DNA of 63,588 nucleotides, filler included, from Neolecta irregularis DAH-3 (Eukaryota): NCBI GenBank assembly GCA_001929475.1. It is 14 parts of 14 records of this genome, joined end to end, with 100 filler letters (N's around TTAATTAATTAA, not from the genome) between each part and the next. Parts side by side here need not be neighbours in the genome. Positions count along the whole stretch, not along the records: positions 53,568 to 62,429 come from LXFE01000175.1; positions 62,530 to 63,588 come from LXFE01002462.1; 12 more parts are not named here. One strand, 5' to 3'. Shown piece by piece: positions 58,238 to 63,588 of this stretch (position 1 is its first letter; each line of letters starts with the position of its first letter). The notes under the pieces were generated by a model. It saw only the letters and a program-made list of their open reading frames with translations, ran no database searches and was not told where the DNA came from. The position numbers and the translations under genes were made by a program.

Positions 58238-60772
58238 ATGTCGTGCTATCTGCCAAATACACTCGCAACAAGCTATCAGGACGACCTCCAGGCAGAGCTG
58301 CAGTCCAGTAGTGATAGCGGCTATGGCAGTGTTCTCGATGCGCACTCCGAGATCCCACTCGCCACCCCAGCCACAAATAGCAATAGCAACCACCAGTCTC
58401 TGCTCCAGCAGATCAGATATAATGACAACAGAGCCCGACTGGCACGAGCTATTGATGGCACTGCAACCCTCTTGAGCGTATGTGCCCGGCAACGGGATTA
58501 GCTTAAGTTCGTGCTAATCAATCCCAGAATCTTAAAGAGCATAACGATAACGTTCGCCCATCACACTATCCTCGCTGCTCCAGAAACCAAGTCATACGCG
58601 GCCAAAGTTCGTTTAATGAGCCAGAGTCTAATCGGCCTAATATTCGCCCCGCCTTTTCACCTCTTGAGGACGCAGACCAAAAATCTGAATTTGTTGATGA
58701 CGCATTGCTAGTTAACTCTAGTGTTGAAAGCGATATAAATGTTTTGAAGCTCGATCTCAGAGTCGAAGCCCATGAGTCCGAGTCCCTTCATACTCTTGAG
58801 GCAAAATCAATCGGTTCGTTGCTGAGCGGCCGTTTCACAAAGGTATCTCTGTCCACCTCACCTCTATTGTATTTAATTTGCAAGTCACTCCGGCAGCTTG
58901 ATGCTCTCAAGACTAGAATTGATGATACTTCGTCCAAGATCTTTGTTACAGGGGATTTAAACGCTGGCAAATCGACTTTCTGTAACGCTTTATTACGAAA
59001 GCAGGTTCTCCCAGAGGATCAACAACCTTGTACCAACGTCTTTTGTGAAGTACTTGATGCGCGAGAGAATGGTAGTGTTGAAGAGGCCCATGCTGTTCCT
59101 CATGGAATATCTTACAGTCGACTTGACGAACGAACATACCAGACATACCCGCTTGAGAAACTTGATGATATCGTTGATGATTCTATCAACTGGGCACAGG
59201 TAAAGGTTTACGTCGATGACAATCGAAGTATCGACCAGAGCCTGCTTCGAAATGGAGTTGTCGATATCGCCTTGATCGATGCACCTGGATTAAATTTGGA
59301 TTCATTGAAAACTACGGCCGTCTTTGCTCGACAAGAGGAGATTGATGTAGTTGTTTTCGTTGTCAGTGCAGAAAATCATTTCACTCTCTCGGTATACGCA
59401 TTTCCTTTCCATTACTCTGACTTTTAGGCCAAAGAGTTCATCTGGAACGCGGCAAATGAAAAAGCATATATTTTCATTGTAGTCAATCGATTTGACAACA
59501 TCAAAGCAAAGGAGCGATGTCGACGCCTCATCCTCGAACAAATAGAAAAGATGTCGCCGCAGACCTTCAAGGACTCTTCAGAGCTTGTCCATTTTGTCTC
59601 TTCCAATGCAGTTCTTGACCCCTTTGCAGATCCAAGCAAAGTTGTTGCCTTTGAGAATCTGGAACGATCGCTTCGCCAGTTTATTCTCGTGAAAAGATCA
59701 AAGTCTAAATTGGCACCTGCAAAAACATATCTCGAGCTTTTGCATAGAGATATTCATACTATAACTTCAACGAACAAAGGTGCCGCCGAGAAAGAATACA
59801 CAAAAGCAGACCAAGAGCTTAGCCTTGTTACACCAGAATATGAATCTACAATTTCAACGCGAAATGCTGTCTCTGATTCAGCACTGAAGATTATTGAGGA
59901 AACATGCCGTTCGGTCCAGAAATACACTAGAAAACACTTGCAAACCTGCCTTCGAACAATGGACACTCCGATTTGTTCATATCCTGGCTTTCTTTCTGCT
60001 TGGCATTATGCGCAACAAACTCAAAGCATGGTCCTGAAGAAAGTCGAAGGTCAAGTTCTCGACTGTGAAAGTTTTGCGCGTAGCAAGACTGTATCTGGAG
60101 TTGATGCTATTCGACAACTAGGGTTAAGTTCACTCAAGCAATATAATCCTCGACAATTTAATCCGCATTTCATGTTTTCCCGACGCAAAGATGCTTTGGA
60201 ACGAACTATCTCTGTTTGCGTTCAATGGAGTGACTTTATTGATCTCGATCAACAGGAAAAGAATGGAGCTATTGGAATGGGTGTCATGGCCATGACTGTC
60301 ATTGGCGGTAAATTTCTCTCTGGGAAAGCGATTTTGGATGGACTCCTCAAAATTCATGGTATTGGCGGACACAAGTTGGCTGGTATCGTATTGGCTGCTG
60401 TTGGCAAGTTTCTTTCATCAGAAATTATCTGATTAATCAGGAATCGGAGCGGTTGCTTTTGCGATTTCAGATCTCCCACGAGCCATCCCTAAGAATGTCG
60501 CCAAACGAGTCCAAAAAGTGCTTGATTCATCAGATTTCATTCATAACAATTCTGAGCGAATTGTCCGGGAATGTCGAACCGTTCTGAACATGCCTATTGA
60601 AGAACTTCGAGCTTGTTTCCAGTCTTCGATTGAGGAACAAGCGCGAAAGAAGTCAGAACTGGAAAAGACTAAGGACGAGAGTGGAACTGCACTGAGATTT
60701 TATTCGCGAGCTTTGAAGCAAAGTGCAGAAATGGGAAGCATTGTTGGGAAGATCGATCTGGAGCTGGATTAA
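58238..60772 (+). CDS. FZO1: Mitofusin (dynamin-related mitochondrial fusion GTPase), multi-exon
   Basis: RIDDTSSKIFVTGDLNAGKSTFCNALL, LPEDQQPCT, LIDAPGLN, FARQEEIDVVVFVVSAENHFTLS, EKAYIFIVVNRFD, RSKSKLAPAKTYL, TM hairpin, C-terminal coil. Confidence 0.95.
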
Positions 60773-60898
60773 ATATTTCATTTTTTTTACTTGAATACCA
60801 ATGATAGCCGCTGAAGTTTCATGTTTTATTCTGTCGACGTTCGTCTATATTAGGTACATCGTGATATTCAATAAAACGTATACATTGAGAGTTTCTTA

Positions 60899-61500
60899 TC
60901 AATCCTCATCGCCTTCAGAAATTTTTTGATAGGCTTTCGCATCCATAAGGTCATCCAGCTCGCTCTCGTCTGTTACTTTTACCTTGCACAACCAACCTAT
61001 GCATTTTAATATCCTTACCAAGAAGAAACATACCATCTTGTTCGGCGCTTTTATTGAGCAATCCAGGTTTCGTATTTAACACTTCATTTAGTTCTATAAT
61101 TTCCCCGCTGATGGGAGTATATATATCACTAGCCGACTTGACCGACTCTACGGCCCCAATTTGATCTTGCTGTCAAGTGCCGCAGAAGAGTGGGACCAAA
61201 CCGCCTTTCGCTACCTTTGTACCGATTGCGGGAAGTTCCACGAAGACTACATCGCCTAGAGCCTTTTGGGCATACTCGGTCACACCAATTGTTCCTTCTA
61301 ATGAGTGATGAAAAGAAGCATGTACCAATGTTGTCGTTCACATGGACCCACTCGTGATCTTTTGTAAAGTATTTAGCTGTATGGTAAGACAGACTATGAG
61401 TACAAATACCCGAGTAGCATCTGAGGCTCGGGCGAGTTGCGCATGCAATGATCATCGGTCTATGAAGTCTAGCGAGTGACGAGCGGAAGACTAAAGTCAT
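60899..61500 (-). CDS. GCV3: Glycine cleavage system H protein (multi-exon)
   Basis: Mitochondrial presequence, [44 protein letters not shown] (lipoyl Lys). Confidence 0.93.
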
Positions 61501-61826
61501 TGCGATTGACCGAAGGGTGCGGGACAGCGATATGTCACGCCCATTTTAGAAGTTTATCGTTCTGTTGTAACATTCCACGCCTTATCTCGAAGACAATTGT
61601 CAGAGCCAGTCAGTATCAATATTGCATTTCTTTGTTTTTGCTTTAATATATTCATGTCGCTTTTGTGTCGAGTGATTTTCTTTTTACCATTATCTCGATG
61701 CAAGCCCCCTTCCTGAATGCGGAAGTGCCGGGTTCCCCCGATTGTTCTCTCAGCCATGACTAGACCTCCGGAACTCTCCGAAACCTTTTTGAGATCCGCA
61801 CTCCTACTTTCTTTCCTTGATTCTAA

Positions 61827-62271
61827 ATGGTTTTCTACGAACTGTTGTGCATAGTCCGGAAGCAAGGCGGAAGTCAAGAAGTCAAAGATATCGCTCGTAC
61901 ATTAGGAATGACTGTTATTCAACGCGGCGGAGTCGTGAGAAAATACGTCAATTGGGGGGTACTTCAACTTCCGAAACAAATACGCAGACATCAGCAGCGG
62001 CACGATTGGGGACAGTATTTCTTGATGTTTTTCGATTCAAGTCCATGGACGCAAATGGAAATTGATCGAACTTTGAATCTTGATCCACGGATTGTCAGGC
62101 ATACAGTGATCAAGATTGGGGACAGGTGTGCTTCTTTTGATTTTGGAGATTTGACCTCTAAGGCCGGACACTATTTTACATATTCCTGGAGTAACAACCA
62201 GCAATGGTGTTCCGGTGATAAAAAATAACAATATAGAAGCTTTCCCATCCTACCAGAAAATTTCAAATTGA
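61827..62271 (+). CDS. MRP17: Mitochondrial ribosomal protein bS6m
   Basis: MVFYELLCIVR..IQRGGVVR..NWG..LPK..GQYFLMFFDSSP..LDPRIVRHTVIKIG; probable intron near 62126-62162 so end is 62228 or 62271. Confidence 0.88.
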
Positions 62272-62529
62272 ATGCACCATCAACTATCCAAGTGGGGCGA
62301 TCTTGAAGCAAGACTTGAGGATGAGCTGTTCTGTAGCAATGCTATCTACTTGAATTGTATATATACTGCACCCGCGTGATTTTGCACGGCACTACACATA
62401 TCAAAGCGCAATCCAGGCAGACATGAAGANNNNNNNNNNNNNNNNNNNNNNNNNNNNNNNNNNNNNNNNNNNNTTAATTAATTAANNNNNNNNNNNNNNN
62501 NNNNNNNNNNNNNNNNNNNNNNNNNNNNN

Positions 62530-62829
62530 GGCACGTGAGGCGGGCGGGATGTGTGGGAGGGGCAGGTCAGGCAGGGTGGGCGGGACGGGACGCGTGGGAC
62601 GAGCGGGCCGGGCAGGACGCGCGGGTAGGATGGGCGGGACGGGCAGGACGAGCGGGGCGGGGGCGGGTAGGAAGGCAGGTAGGATGGCGGATAGGAATGA
62701 TACAGTTAAGGGAAGGGCTCCCAAATAGTATTATCTAATATCACGTGAAAAAGCCCGTTTCGGCCGATGGGCCAATGGGCTGGACTTTTTTCTGGGCCGG
62801 GCTAATCCAATGGCCCGTCCCCAACACTG
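62530..62829 (-). mobile_element. hAT-like element end(s) with G-rich subterminal repeats
   Basis: GGGCAGG/GGGCGGG/GGGACG repeats at 62530-62690 and terminal GCCCGTCCCCAACACTG (rc CAGTGTTGGGGACGGGC) at 62813-62829. Confidence 0.55.
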
Positions 62830-63109
62830 CTCATGACAGATAATGAGAATTCACGTATAATTCAGAACCACCCTTCCCCTTTGCGGGAGAATCTCCGGGT
62901 AGAAGGGTGTCATCAACATTGTCCCCATCGAGACGATCACCGTACTCGCCATCTGCCAGGATTGCATACAAGCTAGTTTCACAGTCATTGTAAATCATAC
63001 TGGAATCCTTGTATTTTTGTGTCATCTTTAAGTAAGCTTGTGTAAGGTGAATTGCATTATGAAAGACAAGGAGAATATATCAGGTCTCATGATTTATCTC
63101 GATACGACA

Positions 63110-63588
63110 CTATTGGGCTTTCTTGGCCTCTACCTTCTTCTGGGCCCTTTCTTTGATGCGATTGTGCATTTTCAAATTCAAATTCATCAAGAGGGTCTCG
63201 GGCAATCTCTGATAAAGAAAGTGGAAAAAGGCATGCGCCCAAAAAGGTGTGAAGACGAATGGTTCGCCATCAGTCCTACCAATGGTAGACATAATGGATG
63301 TGACGATGGTGTTGGGAGTAGGGACCATGAGTGAGGAGTTTCTGATCTTTGACATTTTGGAAGCCTGAGGGTCATTTTCTTTTCTTGAAACAGAGATAGG
63401 TACCACGAGGTATGAGTTTAAAAGACGGACGGTTACGCCTTTGGGAGCCAATTCTAGGCCAAGCGCTTTTGACCAGGCCTTGAGAAAGCTTTTTGTGCCA
63501 GCGTATGTGGCAAGTAACGGAATTGGATACTCGGCGGCGAAACTGCCCATGTTAAGAATAAGGCTTCGCTTGTGGCGTATGAGGATTG
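63110..63588 (-). CDS. IFA38: Very-long-chain 3-oxoacyl-CoA reductase (SDR), C-terminal part; runs off window
   Basis: LILNMGSFA..PLLATYAGTKSFL (YxxxK) ..ELAPKGVTV..YLV/ASKMSKIR..SLMVPTP..TPFWAHA, Lys-rich ER-retention tail. Confidence 0.88.
   Translation of the reverse strand, partial: ILIRHKRSLILNMGSFAAEYPIPLLATYAGTKSFLKAWSKALGLELAPKGVTVRLLNSYLVVPISVSRKENDPQASKMSKIRNSSLMVPTPNTIVTSIMSTIGRTDGEPFVFTPFWAHAFFHFLYQRLPETLLMNLNLKMHNRIKERAQKKVEAKKAQ

Noticed and set aside
62831-63025. 64-aa acidic ORF downstream of IFA38
   Set aside because: No motif or homology recognisable; ends at a transposon terminus.

Overview
Eukaryotic, gene-dense, intron-rich fungal DNA (ascomycete-type proteins; the compact layout and 30-50 nt introns suggest an early-diverging ascomycete such as a Taphrinomycotina/Neolecta-like species, which is inference only). 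The window is a pseudo-scaffold of 14 contigs joined by 13 artificial N44-TTAATTAATTAA-N44 linkers, so adjacency across linkers is not evidence of linkage. Recognisable housekeeping genes: ERG6, ZUO1, MEC1/ATR, ISN1, MED17, NBP35, a TLC-domain protein, VMA6, VAN1/ANP1, a BDH-type dehydrogenase, ISY1, PRP16, EXO84, DUF1769, IMP1, a GYP8-like TBC protein, a P450, an epimerase-like SDR, FZO1, GCV3, MRP17 and IFA38. Accessory content: (i) three paralogues of an unrecognised two-exon secreted protein family (signal peptide + PAN/apple-like Cys module, a conserved phase-2 intron, then a ~280-320 aa unknown domain) that the ORF track splits into separate ORFs; (ii) an intact Gag-zinc-knuckle-integrase ORF lacking protease/RT/RNase H and the first catalytic Asp (candidate domesticated retroelement gene); (iii) a GH28 polygalacturonase with QIKT instead of RIKT, small secreted proteins and a 7TM orphan; (iv) decayed PEX6 and DDI1 fragments; (v) deleted pogo-type elements, hAT-like ends and a Ty3/gypsy remnant. 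Splicing signals look unusual: frequent GC donors, AAG acceptors, and a branch point a few nt from the AG. Exon boundaries were read by eye.
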